Shown in pieces: positions 1 through 14,210 of a DNA stretch of 64,000 nt. The first letter of the stretch is position 1. Every line of letters starts with the position of its first letter. Source of the DNA: the human T2T-CHM13v2.0 reference genome, Homo sapiens. Below the pieces are notes generated by a model. It was not told the DNA's origin. It ran no database searches and saw only the letters and a program-made list of their open reading frames with translations. The stretch lies in the NCBI RefSeq assembly GCF_009914755.1, contig NC_060937.1; one strand, written 5' to 3'. The position numbers and the translations under genes are program-made.

Positions 1-501
1 CCATTCACTATGCCATTTTGGTTTTCTGATACAACATTTACTGTATAGTCTCTCTTCCTCTGAGGGCTTTCTTCCAGATCAAAAACATATGGAGTAGCAT
101 GGATTATTTTGGTATGTGCATTGCCTCTTCTCTGAGGCAGAAATGTTTGCTTTTCTACAGTAAGGTCATTGGGAGACTAACTCTGCACATAGAATTTCAA
201 ATATAGCCTTTGTATTCCATTTCACTGGCTAATTTACATATTGTTGCTTTATCACCTGTTTGCTTTGCTGAGAAAACACATTCAAGTATAGCAGAAAGTT
301 TTCAGTTGCCCAATGACAAAAGCTGAAATATTTACAGTATGTGGAAAACTAGATCTAGGTGAGAAACTTTTTTTTTTTTTTACAAGATTCTTGTCCTCTC
401 TTTTATTTAAACAAATTTGGAAACCATCAAGAGGGTTTGGCTTCACTTGATTCTTTGTTTTGCATCATCTCTCATGATAATATTATTTGTTCCCTTCCTT
501 T

Positions 502-718
502 TCATCTTTGGGAGCTTATTTTGTAATGTCCTGTCATATTTTATTGTTAAATTGCTTGTTTAATTGTCGATCTTCCCAACTAGATTGTAAACTCCCTCAG
601 TCCTGAGAGATTTTCTTCTCATCTTTGGGGGCTTATTTTTTAATGTCCTGTCATACTTTATTGTTAAATTGCCTAATTGTCGATCTTCTCCACTAGACTG
701 TAAACTCTCTCAGTCCTG
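502..718 (+). repeat. Tandem duplication (104 + 100 bp, period 117) of an L2 3'-type fragment
   Basis: 502-605 and 619-718 align with ~8 mismatches and one 4-nt gap. 'ctagattgtaaactcc' and the downstream 'gaatgaatgag' are L2 3'-end-like. Confidence 0.85.
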
Positions 719-1326
719 TTCAAAACTGTACACTCATCACATAGCCAAATACTTGACACTCATGGGTTGTTTGTAGAATGAATGAGTGAGTGTTAATTGA
801 GCGGTTGGCTTCAGTGATTTCCCTACAGGATCAATAACACTTTCCCCTCAATATTCAACCAGATAATTTTGTTATGAGCACATCATATTTTATTCTTGCC
901 TATAATAATCTGAATACTTAAATATATTTTGCAAAGAATTTACAAAGAGGCTAACATATGCTGAGAAATTGAAGCAGGAATGGCACTGCCTTGTATGCAA
1001 ACACAGCTATCAGCTCCTCCCCATCACACCCCTCATTGAAGAGAGATTGAATCTTCTCCAGCTTAAATATCTCTGAAGCTGTTTGCCCATGGGGACTGCA
1101 AAGCTTCCAAGGCTGTGCAGCCACAAAACCTGCAGAAAGATTGTTGCCCATTGGGAACCTGAGGAGTAGTACTGACTGGCTGCCAATCCCACTAGAATTT
1201 ATTTAGATTTTAGCATTATAATTTGGACACTGCATGCATTCTTAGAAAGATGTGTGTTTAAGAGAAGTAGATCAACATGAGAAAAATCTACTTTTTTTTT
1301 TTTTTCATCTGAATTAAAAGACAACA

Positions 1327-1630
1327 GGCTAGGCGCCGTGGTTCAGCCTGTAATCCCAGCACTTTGGGAGGCTATGGCCATGGCGGGAGGATAGCTTGAG
1401 GCCGGAAGTTTGAGACCAGCCTGATCGATATAGTGAGGCCTCATCTCTACAAAACTAAAAAAAATTAGCCAGTCACAGCGGCAAGTACCTGTAGTCCCAG
1501 CTACTCAGGAAGCTTAAGCAAGAGGATCCTTGAGCCTAGGAATTCAAGGTTGCAGTGAGCTATGGTAGTGCCACTAAACTCCAGCCTAGGCAACAGAGTG
1601 AGACCCTGTCTCTTTAAAAAAAAAAAAAAA
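1327..1630 (+). mobile_element. AluJ SINE, full length
   Basis: Dimeric Alu with A-rich linker and poly(A); J-type 'gaggatccttgagcctagg' and 'gagctatgg'. Confidence 0.93.
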
Positions 1631-1894
1631 GGCAGGTCATACTGAAAACAATGTAGATTCCTAGGTGTTCAACAGATTTCCTTCATTGCAAGCCTTTTTT
1701 TGGTAGAAAAAAATGCAGAAAACATTAAAAAATTTTTATTCTTGGTAATAATATGAAGTATCTCTTACAGTAAAAGACTGATATAGATGAGTTAGCTTAA
1801 TTTTGGTAAAGTTTATTCCTTAATGCATTATCATATGGGCCTAACATTATACTATGGGTCCTTAAATTCAATTCTGCATGTATTTATCAATCAC

Positions 1895-2401
1895 TTTTTT
1901 TTTTTTGCTTTTTTAACATTTATTTTAGATTCAGAGGGTATATGTTCAGGTTTGTTACAAAGGTTTGTTATGCGATGCTGAAGTTTGGGGTATGATTGAA
2001 CCCATCACCCAGGTAGTGAGCATAGTACCCAATAGGTAGTTTTTTAATCCTTACCTTCCTCCCTCCCTCCTACAGTCCCGAGTGTCTATTTTTCCCATCT
2101 CTATGTCCATGTGCTCCCACTTATAAGAGAGAACATGCAGTATTTGATTTTCTATTTCTATTTTAGGTCACTTAGGATAATGGCCTCCAGCTGCTCCACG
2201 TTGCTGCAAAGGACATGATTTCATTCTTGTTTATGGCTATGTAGTATTCCATGGTGTCTAAGTACCACATTTTCTGTATCCAATCCACTATTGATGAGAT
2301 CCTGGGTAGATTCCATTTCTTTGCTATTGTGAACAGTGCTGTGACAAACATACGAGTGCATGTATCTTTTTGGTAGAACAACTTGTTTTCCTTTGGGTAT
2401 A
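1895..2401 (-). mobile_element. L1PA/L1PB-type LINE-1 3' end (ORF2 C-terminus + 3'UTR + poly(A))
   Basis: ORF 2172-2429(-) contains KDTCTRMFVTALFTIAKKW...MEYY...NEIMSFAATW, the L1 ORF2p C-terminus; poly(T) from 1895. Confidence 0.93.
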
Positions 2402-3482
2402 ACAGGTTTTCTATAAGTATGTTATCCATATAAATACAATAAATGTGTAAATAAAACTAAAAATAAGACATTGTTTAAGCCATATGCACACAAAAATGAA
2501 CACAACAAATTGTGGGCAATATAATTTAATAAAATCAAAGTAGAAAACAGATAGTTTTATGGAAATCTTTCCTTTTTTTTAATGAAAAAAATAAGGAATA
2601 AGACAATGTCTTATTCACTGCTTGTAATTGCTATCTTTCTTCCAAAGTCTCTGACTGAGTCCATGAGCTACCAACCCTATGTGCCTGAGATACTTGGAAA
2701 GTAACTCAGATGTTAACATTTCGGAGTTTGGACCATTCATTTCCTTAGGGAAATGGTTGTTCTTGTGTTGCCAACTCCATTGGTGATCTTTTGTTCCTAG
2801 GAATTTTTGAAAAAGAAGTCTTCAGAGTTTTTATTTTTTTAAATAACTTAAAAGATACCAAGTTTTCCTGGTGTATTATGATAGTAGCCTCCTAAAGATT
2901 TCTTAGGAAAATGAAGTGATCAGAAACAAGAGAGATAGGAAATATTTCCCTTTCTTTACTTAAAGGACAAAATAAAACAAAACAAAAACAAAATGAAAAA
3001 TAACAGAAGTTTATTATTCTGAGAAAATTGAAGGATGCTAAAAATAGTAAAACTTCCGCTTGCTAATATCACTTGGCATTTGTAATTTCCACTAATTTAA
3101 CGTATTTGAGAGATAAAATGATTCAGAGATTAAAAGATTGGAAAGTAGTAACTTTGTATAAATATACATAGCAATTACAAAGTTTAGGGGACACATATTT
3201 AGGTTCTCCCTATAATAAGTCAGACTCAATTAGTTTGCTTGTGCTTTAAGACTGTCTCATTCTGTTCTTTTGTCTATCATTGCTGGGTTCACTTGGGTCT
3301 GATCAAACAGAAATATAAGGTCTTAGCCCTGTGAGTATGCAGCTAGCCCAGGTTAGATAGAATGACTAGGACAGTGAACATAAGACTAATGACTAATGCG
3401 GCCATACAATGGCTCCTTCAGGCTGAATTGAGAATGAGTTTGGTTGGAAGAGAATGACTGTAGAAATAAGATGAAAGAGTCA

Positions 3483-3670
3483 TCTTATTCTCACTCCACA
3501 AACAAAGAAAAAATGTTAACTATGTGAGGTGATTCATAGATAAATAAATTAGATTGATTATGTTGATGATATCACAATGTCTACATAATTCATATATCAA
3601 AACATGAAGTTGAATACCTTAAATACATGCAATTTTTATTTGTCAATAATAATCTCAATTAAGTTGCTAA
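3483..3670 (+). mobile_element. L1M (L1MA/MB-type) 3' end fragment
   Basis: 'ttaactatgtgaggtgat...atatcaaaacatgaagttgaataccttaaatacatgcaatttttatttgtcaat' resembles the old L1M 3' terminus. Confidence 0.7.
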
Positions 3671-4160
3671 AATAATTTTATTAAGCACTGTGGCTTAATA
3701 AAGATTGAAGTCAGTGCCTAATGTAATTGAAGGCTTTGTTCCTAGCAACAAATATTTGTTGAGTGCCTACATTTTCCAGATACTTTCCAGGATCCAGGAA
3801 TTCAAAAGGGCAAACCTTCAGTCTTCACACACAGGCAGTGATGAGAAAGCTGTGACCTTCAGTACTAGACAGCAGAAAAGGAGACAATGGGAAAACATGC
3901 AATGGGCTGGAGGTGAGGAAGAACATGCACATTCAGCTGGAGGTGACGGAAGAACATGATATTACACATTTCTTCCCTTGTGTTAGTTGCAACTTTTCTT
4001 GTTTTGCCATCTGTACATTCTTCTACAATTTTAGGCAGTAATCGTGTCAACCCCTTTTTATCACAGTGCCTTTTGCATCCTTTTACTGTTACTGTTTTCC
4101 CGAGAGCCCCCATCCAGTGACCCAATTTCCTACATCTGTGAGAAAACAGTGTCCCTTTAG

Positions 4161-4578
<418 letters not shown>

Positions 4579-5116
4579 CAAGACCACTTTCATCAGAATG
4601 GCATATGTGTGCTTTCCTTCTTGGATAAGCATGATCCTAATTTAAGTCTCTGTTAGTAAGGTAAGGGCTTTGATTAATTTCCCTATTTGTAATGGTACAT
4701 ATGCACAGTTCTCTACATAAACTTGCCTTCTTTTCACTTGGGACCAAAAGTGGGCAGTCATCTTTGGGCTGGGCAGCTGAGTGTAGTGATCTGGGAACTT
4801 TAGCAATATCAATCCAAATGTTGCAAGATGGTGTATGCCCAACATCACTGTATCTCTCATCTCTGGACATGCAGTGTGCTGGGTGGTTCTTCTCCATCCT
4901 TGGTAATTTTACCACTCCTTGGGGGCAGAGAAGATTTTCTTACTCTTGTCGTTTTATTCCAATATAAAGCCAAGTCAATTTGGCATAATAGGTAGAGCAT
5001 CTACTATATGTAAGATACTGTGCCAAGTGCCGGACATAATATCCAAAAAAGATTGCAGTCTCTTTAAGAGAGGCTTATAATTTCATGGGATATACAGCTA
5101 TTTACATCAGTGATGA

Positions 5117-5554
<438 letters not shown>

Positions 5555-5589
5555 TAAAATTTCAGTCGCCTGTCCGTATACACTCTCTG

Positions 5590-5772
5590 TCCCCTTTCCC
5601 TGATGAACGTTTCTTTTAGTATTTATCATCATCTAACACAGTACATATTGTACTTATTTTTCTTTTATCTTTTATCTGTCTTCTGTGTTGTGAACACAAG
5701 CTTTACTCATTGCTGTATCCCCACTGCCTCAGTAAATATTTGCTTAGTGAATGAATGAATGAATGAATGAAT
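5590..5772 (+). mobile_element. L2 3' end with (GAAT)n tail
   Basis: 'gctgtatcccc...ctcagtaaatatttg...gaatgaatgaatgaatgaat'. Confidence 0.7.
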
Positions 5773-6591
5773 AATTAAATGCATACACCCATTCTTTCAA
5801 TGAATACCTAGTGTGTGTAATGCTCTTAGTATAAAATGGGTACAGTTTTCTAAATAAAGTAAAAATAAAATAATCCTGCCCTCATGTACATTTGGTGGGA
5901 GAGATTGAGATTAATTAGTCTCATAAATATGTAATTACGAACCCTATTTCTGTATCCTGTCCCCACAAGTAATCAACTATGAATGACTTGCCTTTGCACT
6001 GTGAACTCTAAATTGTCTAAATCTGTCTCTTAATTTGCCAAGTAGAGAGATTTATCATTACCAGATTTGTAAAAAGACAGTAAAATTTGGCATTTCTTGA
6101 CAATGTTTAAGAATGATATAACGTTATGCTGCCTCTTTCAGTCTGTCTAGTATCTGGGAAAATTAATTTGACAAAAAAGTTTATATCCTACATATATAAT
6201 AGCATATTCTTACCCGTTCAGAATAATTATTCAGTGGGATGCTACCCAGATTAAAGTGCTTAGAATGTGTGTGACTCTAAATATATTCTGAATTGTTTTC
6301 AGAGCAGTCTCTTATTTCAACAAATAAAATTTGGGAACGTTTAGTGTTGTAACAAGAATATCAGATTTTTAAATATTAATTTTGAATATTCTAAGCCCAT
6401 TGAGTTTTATTGGTTTTTTAAGTAAACTGCAACCAAACCTGAACTTTTGGTTTCAAAACACACATACTTTGTTCAAAAAGTATCTTCAATGTTTTATTAT
6501 TTTAAAGGTGAACATAACATTTTCAACTAAAGATTGAGTTTTTAGGGTCTGATATAATATTAGTTTTGAAAGATTATTTTAAAAGTGTATT

Positions 6592-6737
6592 TTGGGAGGC
6601 TGAGGTGGGAAGATCAATTGAGTTTAGGAGTCAAAGGCTGCAGTGAGCTATGATTGCTGCAGTGAGCTATGATTGCGCCACTGTACTCCAGCCTGGGCAA
6701 AAAAGTGAGACCCTGTCTCAAAAAAAAAAAAAAAAAA
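6592..6737 (+). mobile_element. Alu right-monomer (AluJ/FRAM-like) with a 19-bp internal tandem duplication
   Basis: gctgcagtgagctatgatt twice (6637-6674); poly(A); short TSD aagtgtatt at 6583-6591 and 6740-6748. Confidence 0.85.
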
Positions 6738-7177
6738 TTAAGTGTATTACAATCAGCTACTGCTCGAGTTCCTCTCACATTCATTTGACCAAAAATATAA
6801 ATATTATTTGTTTGAAATTTTTATCCATGATTAACCTCAATACTATAATGCTACTTCTTCTTGTTCAATCTCTATAACGTGCAATCTTCCAAGTAATAGT
6901 AAATAAAGTTTTCATATATATTGACAGTAATAACTAAACTATCACTGCCCACAGACCCCCCTTCTCCGAATTTTAGGATTGCAGAATTAACATAGCACAT
7001 GGCTTTCTTTTTAAACTCTAAATACATACCAGCTGCAGTCTTTTAAAGTCTCATATCATTTTGTTAGCACAATGCCTGCCTACGTGAGCAAAAACATGGG
7101 AACTGCATTCTAATGCCGTTGACAAGATTTTTTATTTTCATGATTACTTCTCTGCCTTTTTTTTATTTTGCCTTCAG

Positions 7178-7337
7178 GCAAAGGTTGGCATACATGTCAA
7201 GAGAATGTTCTCCAGCTGGGGCCTGCAGTACAGAGAATTGTATATACCAGAGGGCTCATGGGACTCTAGGCAGATTATTATGGTAATATTGGAGGCTGTT
7301 GTCCTCTCCCTCCCACAGCTGGGCCGCCTCTCCCATT
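7178..7337 (+). other. Candidate orphan exon (product unknown; possibly non-coding)
   Basis: Long polypyrimidine tract + CAG ending 7177; GTAAGT at 7338; GC-richer than flanks; phase-0 frame open throughout. No recognisable protein. Confidence 0.35.
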
Positions 7338-9761
7338 GTAAGTATTGAAGCAATATGTTTTGCAAATTATACGTTGGGAACAACAGGGACCCAGTAAAGT
7401 GAGGAAAAAGAGAAACATTGCAAAATGTTGTCTTTAATATTATATTTTTCTTGTTCATCAAGCAAAATAAATTAAAGCTTTAATTTTTTTTAATTAAATG
7501 AGGATCATATATTGAAAAAAGAGCTTTACGAGTAAAAACTTAATACTGATTTTATAGAGTGAGAGTTTTAAGAAAATATTGTTACAGAGAAATTAGACAG
7601 TAGCCTGATTCAAAAGAATCATGGTAAGATTACATAATAGCCTTTATTATGGATTTCAAAAATCCTTTTGAGTCCAATGAAGCTGGGTTAGCAAAAATTG
7701 CACAAAAAATATCATTTTAATTAGTGCTAATGTGATCTCGTCATGGTCCAGCTGTTTCGCACAGGATGAAAATGCGTTACTTTATTAGATATGCATCTTA
7801 GAAAAAATGTCACTTCTGATTTCAAACATTTGTTATTAAAGTACATTTTAATACAATAGTAGAGCAACATGATTGATTTATCGAAATGAAGCATTAGTGA
7901 AATTCAGGCAAAAAAGGGCTTAAAAGCCTTCTTAATTGAGGAAGAAATGTTTTCTTTCTCGCCTTCCTTTCTGGGAATATTAATAACAAAACAAGAGTCA
8001 TATTTCTATTATGGATTTTGAAGACATCGTGTAAGAAAGACAGAGTTAAAATGACAATAATTTATAAATTAAAACTTCTCCCTTATTGTCTACAAAGTTC
8101 CCCCCAACTTTAAAGTTTTAGGCTAATTTTAACAAATACTGTGCTGTTTCAGTTTGCAATAATGAATTTAAATTTATTCATCAGCAAACATTTCCATGTC
8201 TCTGTTGATAGAGAGTCCACAACTCATTCTCTTGCATTCAGCCTTCATTATTTCAGCCAGTCTTAAACTTCACCATTCATATGTGAAATACTGTACCTTA
8301 GAAAAAGAGCTATATTATGATTTATAAACTTAGGAGTATGGCTCAATTCTTTCCCTGAAATTCTTATTTGATTTAGCAAGATTGAGCCGTCTTCCATGAG
8401 ACAATATTAAGTACGGTACGTTTATTTGTAATGCGTCTTCTATTCTTTTGCCACAAACCTACAAAACAGCTCACCATGTGCAATCCTGTGCCAGACTACT
8501 ATATTTATCTGCTGTATTTATTTGAGATCATGCCAATATATTTTAGTTTGCTATTGATAGGGATGGTCACATACAATTTACTCCCCTCAGCTAGATATTC
8601 ATTTAGGAGAAATTTAGTAAATAAAAGCCTGGTAGGAAGTGATATTCAGCATAAATGCCAGCCTCTATGATCTTTTGCTGAATTATAGCTATCATTTGGA
8701 AGTGGTAGTAGAGGGAGGTGGGGAAGCCAGCAATTTTCTATTGTTTTTCAGCATTGTTTCTCATTATTCCAATCACTGTCTTAGTGCTTAGTCAAAAAAA
8801 GTCACAAGAACTTCACTTGATTGATGCTGTCAGGGAACTTATTTGTCTGTTTCAAGGCTCCACTGTGTGGTGCAGGACAGATCTATTTTACCATTCTTTT
8901 AGCGCTTGTCACATGGACTCAAGCAAGTTTACTCCTTTGAAGATCTGAGATACTGAACCAAAAGCAACTTTTGATTATTTAAAACAGAGGTTTTCCTCAA
9001 AGATTTCTTCCTGTGCTTTCCTGGTGTGGGAGAGGCTTTGTGGGTAAAGCAATTTTTTAATGAGCCTGTTTAAGCTGTTAAGTAACCAATCCTTTTGAAT
9101 GGGGGCCAAGAAAAATACATTATTTTTCCACAGATAATGTCACACCATAGTGAATGGTGGTAATTAACATGAAGTTCTCTTGTGATCTTATTGGTGAGAG
9201 GATGTAGGCACTGTGAAGCCATGACAAAGAAAGAGGTAGAGGCTTACTTTTTAAATTCTTTGGTCATACTTATTCTTGTATTGCACACCCAGCACTAATG
9301 ATGTGTGGGTGAAATAATATTCCACATTAGAAATACTGCCCTTATTTTTACTTTAAATTTTTAGTTATATTGATGCATGCTTTATTGGGTGATATTTTTC
9401 ATGTATTGAAAATACGGATATCTGTCTGCTTGCCAGTACTACTAGCCTTCAAGCCAAATAAAATAAAGACCAGTTTTGGCTGCAGAATATTTCTCTGTCT
9501 TTCTGACACTACTTAGAGATATGTATGAATAAAAATGCGTCCAGATTAAAGTTTGGACTTCTATCATACAAAAGACGAGAATCCCATAACGCCAGGACAC
9601 TATCCAAAGCTTAGTGGGCTATGGAGAAGGTTATGGTGGCTCTCAGTACTAGCAAAAGAAGCTAGTGGCTCTGCACCTTGCCCAGCAAACACTCGGTGAC
9701 TTCAGGACTAGCATGGCACTTTTGGGGAGATGTGTGAAATTCAGTATGCTGAACTCTTGTT

Positions 9762-10060
9762 AGTACATCTTTACTGAATGAATGCCTACTATGCCCAAAG
9801 GTGCGGGGCTAGGCATTATAGGGGTTCAGATAAAATTGAAGATATGGTTTCTGCCCTCTGAGGAGTTTACAATGTTGTTAGGGAGACAAATACTCAAGAA
9901 GGATAAAGTATAGGCTAAGAATGGACAGGTTTTGAGTGAATGGCAAGGCATCAAGGGCTGTAGGACACCAGAGTGGTTACCACAAGCGGGGATATCTGGT
10001 CAGGTTTCAGGTAGAAGAGCTGGATAGGAAAGTCTACTTCTGGAGAAGAGTGAAGGATGA
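9762..10060 (-). mobile_element. L2 fragment
   Basis: 'gaatgcctactatg...ctaggcatt...atggtttctgccctctgaggagtttaca' matches antisense L2 3' region. Confidence 0.65.
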
Positions 10061-10402
10061 CAGTCAAGGGGCTGAAGTGAAGGATATGATGGGGGAATTT
10101 TAGGGAAGTTCCTCAGAATCAAATGAATCCCTATCCATTCTGTAACTTAGCGGGCAACTTAGTGACATGTTCTAGTGGGCACATTCCTCCAGAACATCAT
10201 TTCTGTGGTAATATTGAAAGATACAGATGGGCTGGAGGCTGATTTTCCAGGCCTAGGAAATTAATAACTCACTTGTATTTTAAAGTCTTGGGACAAGATT
10301 TTCTATCTATGGCCAAATTCTTCTGGAAGAATATACTTAGCTCCATGCAGGCAGATTCAGCTAGTAAAACTGGACATTTTCTCCATCATTTATTGAATAT
10401 AA

Positions 10403-10728
<326 letters not shown>

Positions 10729-11613
10729 AGTAAAACCTTTTCTTAATGAACACTGGTGATTCAATGCACAATAGATCCTTTCACAGTCCAAGGAAAATTG
10801 AAGAATGCCAAAGCAGTCCAGACAAACACAAAAGAAGTACCAACAAAACTCTGCGAATATTTCTTGCAAATAAGGGTTTTACCTGTTTTTGAAAACCTGA
10901 AAATATAGTTAAGTACTGAGAACTTCTTTCCAGCGACTGGTTCTGTGGCCTTCCTTTTAAAACTTCATTGATTTCTTTTTTAAGCTTTCTTCAAAGTTAA
11001 CTTTTCTGCATTCGTTTTTTTTTTTTTTCAAAGCATGCCCGAGGGGAAAAAAGTATAATAATCTGGGTAGCTTCTTTTTATAAAAATTAAGTTGTATATA
11101 TTTAAGGTGTACAACATGATGTTTTAATATACTTCTAGGTGGTGAAATGGTTACCTAGAAGTATATTAAAATGAAATGAAAGTGAAAGAAATGAGCATGT
11201 CTATCATCTGATCTAGTTACCCTTTTGTGTGTGCTACTCTCTTGGCAACAACCTCAAAAACAACACAATATTATCAATGAAAGTCCTCATATTGTCTATT
11301 AGATCTCTAGACTTATTCCTCCTACATATTTGCAACTTTGAATTCTTTGACCTACATCTCCCAATTTCCACCTCTGCCTACCTCTGCCTACTTCCTCCTG
11401 GTAACCAAAATTACATTTTTTTCTATGTAATTAACTTTTATCTTACCTTTTTAGATTCAACATATAAGTGAGATAGATCATGAAGTATTTGTCTTTCTGT
11501 GTCTGGCTTATTTCACTTAGCATAATGTCCTCCAGGTTCATCCGCAGTTGTGACCAATGGCAAGAATTGTTTTTTTTTTTTTTAAGACCAGATAATATCT
11601 CATTGCATATATA

Positions 11614-13065
11614 TAGTCACGTGTTGCTCGACAACTGTGATACCTTCTAAAATGCATCATCAAGTGATGTTGTTGTTGTGCAAACATTACACAGTGTACT
11701 TACACAAATCTAGAGGGCATAGCATACTACACACCTAGGCTATATGGTATAGCCTATTGCTCCTAGGCTGTAAACCTGTACTGCATGTTACTGTACTGAA
11801 TGTTGTAGGCAATTGTCACATAATGGTAAGGATTTGTGTATCTAAATGTACCTAAACATAGAAAGGTACAGCAAAAATATGGTATAAAAGATAAAAAATA
11901 CACTTGTATAGGGCATTTACCTTGAATGAAGTTTGCAGGACTGGCAGTTGCTTTGGCTGAGTCAGTGGATGGTGAGTGAATGTGAAGGCCTAGGACATTA
12001 CTGTACACTACTGTAGACTTTATCAACATTGTACATTTAGCCTACACTAGACTCATAAAGATATTTTTTCTTCAATATAAATTAACCTTTGCTTACTGTG
12101 ACTTTTTACTTTACAAACTTTTAAAAAACTTTCTGACCCTTGCAATAACACAAAACACACACACCTTGTACATCTGTACAAAACATTTTCTTTATTTGTG
12201 TCCTTATTCTGTAAGATTTTTTACTATCTAAAAATTTTTTATTTTATATTTTGCCTTTTAAACTTTTTTGTTAAAAACTAAGACACATACACACATTAGC
12301 CTAGGCCTCTACAGGGTAAGGATCATCAATATCACTGTCTTCCACCTCCACATCTTGTCCCACTGGAAGGTCTTTCAGGTTCAATAACACATGGAGCTAT
12401 CATCTCCTAAGATAACAATGCCTTCTTCTGAAATATCTCCTGAAGTAGTGGCCCGAGACTGTTTTATAGTTAACTGTTTTTTCTTTAATATAAATAGAAA
12501 GAGTACATGCTAAAATAACAATAAAAGTATATTACAGTACATACATAAACCACTAACATAGTCTCTTATTATCATCATCAAGTATAAATATATATAGTTT
12601 TGAGATAGGGTCTTGCTCTGTCACCCAAGCTGGAATACTGTGGTGCGATCATGGCTCACTGCAGCCTCGACCTCCCTGACCCAAGCAAATCTCTTACCTC
12701 TGCCTCCCAAGTAGCTAGGACCACAGGTACGTGCCACAATGCTGGGCTAGGTTTGTTTTTTTTTTTAATTTTTAATTTTGTAACATAGGGTCTCCTTATG
12801 TTACCCAGGCTGGTCTGGAACTCCTGGGTTCACATGATCCTCTTGCCTTGGCCTCTCAAAGTGTTGGGATTACAGGTGTGAGCTGCTGTTCCCAGTCTAT
12901 ATAATTCTATGTGCTATATTTTATACAACTAGCAGTGCAGTAGGTAATGCATTGTGGTATGCTACGTACTGGGAATAGGAATTTTTCAGCTCCATTATAA
13001 TCTTAGGGGACCATCGTCTTATGTGAGGTCCATCATTGACTGAAATGTTATTCAGTGCATGACTG
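11614..13065 (-). mobile_element. Tigger3 (3b-like) TcMar DNA transposon fossil
   Basis: Termini (t)agtcac...catgactg flanked by TA; internal 'cctaggctatatggtatagcctattgctcctaggct' is Tigger3-characteristic. Confidence 0.88.
12598..12897 (-). mobile_element. AluJ inserted in Tigger3
   Basis: Dimeric antisense Alu with J-type 'gatcatggctcactgcagcctcgacc'. Confidence 0.9.
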
Positions 13066-13570
13066 TATAACACAATTATTTCTCCATTCATCCATTGATG
13101 GACACTTTGGTTGTTTCCATCTCTTGGGTACTTTGAATAATGCTGCAATAAACCTGAAAATGCAGGTATCTCTACGAGGTGGTGACTTCATTTCCCTTGA
13201 GTATATACCCAAAAGAGGGATTGCTGAATCATATGGTAGTTGCATTTTAAATTTATTTGGGAACCTCCATACTCTTTTTTGTAACAGCTACACCAATCTG
13301 AACAGCTTCTTTTTAATTCTCTTATACACATTGCTATATACTATACCCAACTATACTCTCTTTATTTTGTCATATACTAATTCAAGATTAAGTTTCAGAA
13401 ATTATTTGTTGGTATAGATTTGCATTTTTATTATGGGTCCCATGGCATTTAGTGTCATGAAGATATTAAAAGTATAGTCTTAACATAATCCTCAGTAGGC
13501 TTCAATAGCATTAGTGAATTTGGGGCTGAGACTGCACCTATAGTATTTTAAACACAGGACTTTAAAGAAT

Positions 13571-13700
13571 ATAATATATATATATTTGTACACACACACG
13601 CACACACATTGAAATGGAACCCATGTATATCTATACACATACATACACATATGTATACATATATATACACATACAGTCACACACATATACACATATATAT
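13571..13700. repeat. (TA)n/(CA)n/(TACA)n low-complexity microsatellite
   Basis: Directly visible alternating purine-pyrimidine runs. Confidence 0.85.
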
Positions 13701-13734
13701 GGAGAGAGGAAATGAGAGCACACATAATGTTCAA

Positions 13735-13890
13735 AGTATGTTTTTCAATTCAGATTCACCGAAAGTGAAAATTCTGGGGCCCCACCATAAACTTTCTGAA
13801 TCAGAATCTCTGTGAGTAGAATTTACAAAACCTGCATTTTAACAGTATCTCTAGTGATACTTACATATAGTAAAATTTGAGATCTGCTAG
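13735..13890. mobile_element. MER5-type hAT-Charlie fragment
   Basis: 'attctggggccccac...gaatcagaatctctg...cctgcattttaaca'. Confidence 0.65.
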
Positions 13891-14029
13891 TATAGAATTT
13901 TCACCTTTGTAACAGTTTTGCACTTAATTTAAGAGAAAATTGGATTGGCCAACAGGCAGTCAAATACAGAAATATCAGATTAGCCTCTGTGAAATTTAAG
14001 CTAATGTGCTGAAAGCATCAGTAGATGCC

Positions 14030-14210
14030 AGTTGTGGTGCTAGGCTTTTTTATTCACATGGTTTCTTCTATGTCCTACAATACTGTTATGAAGGTAGCTG
14101 TCTTATTTTTGCATTATATAGATAGGTAAATAAACTCAAAGAGCTTTATGACTGTCTGGCAATCACCCAGGAATTAAGTGACAGAGCTGAGATTCAGACC
14201 CAGCTACCTC
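14030..14210 (-). mobile_element. MIR SINE
   Basis: Antisense MIR core 'tcacccaggaattaagtgacagagctgagattcagacccag'. Confidence 0.65.

Larger units (their letters stand above)
11075..13303 (-). mobile_element. L1MA-type 3' end interrupted by Tigger3 (L1 parts ~11075-11613 and 13066-13303)
   Basis: L1MA 3'UTR motifs on the left; ORF 13048-13245(-) LPYDSAIPLLGIY...FIAALFKVPKRWKQPKCPS is L1 ORF2p C-terminal. Confidence 0.88.
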
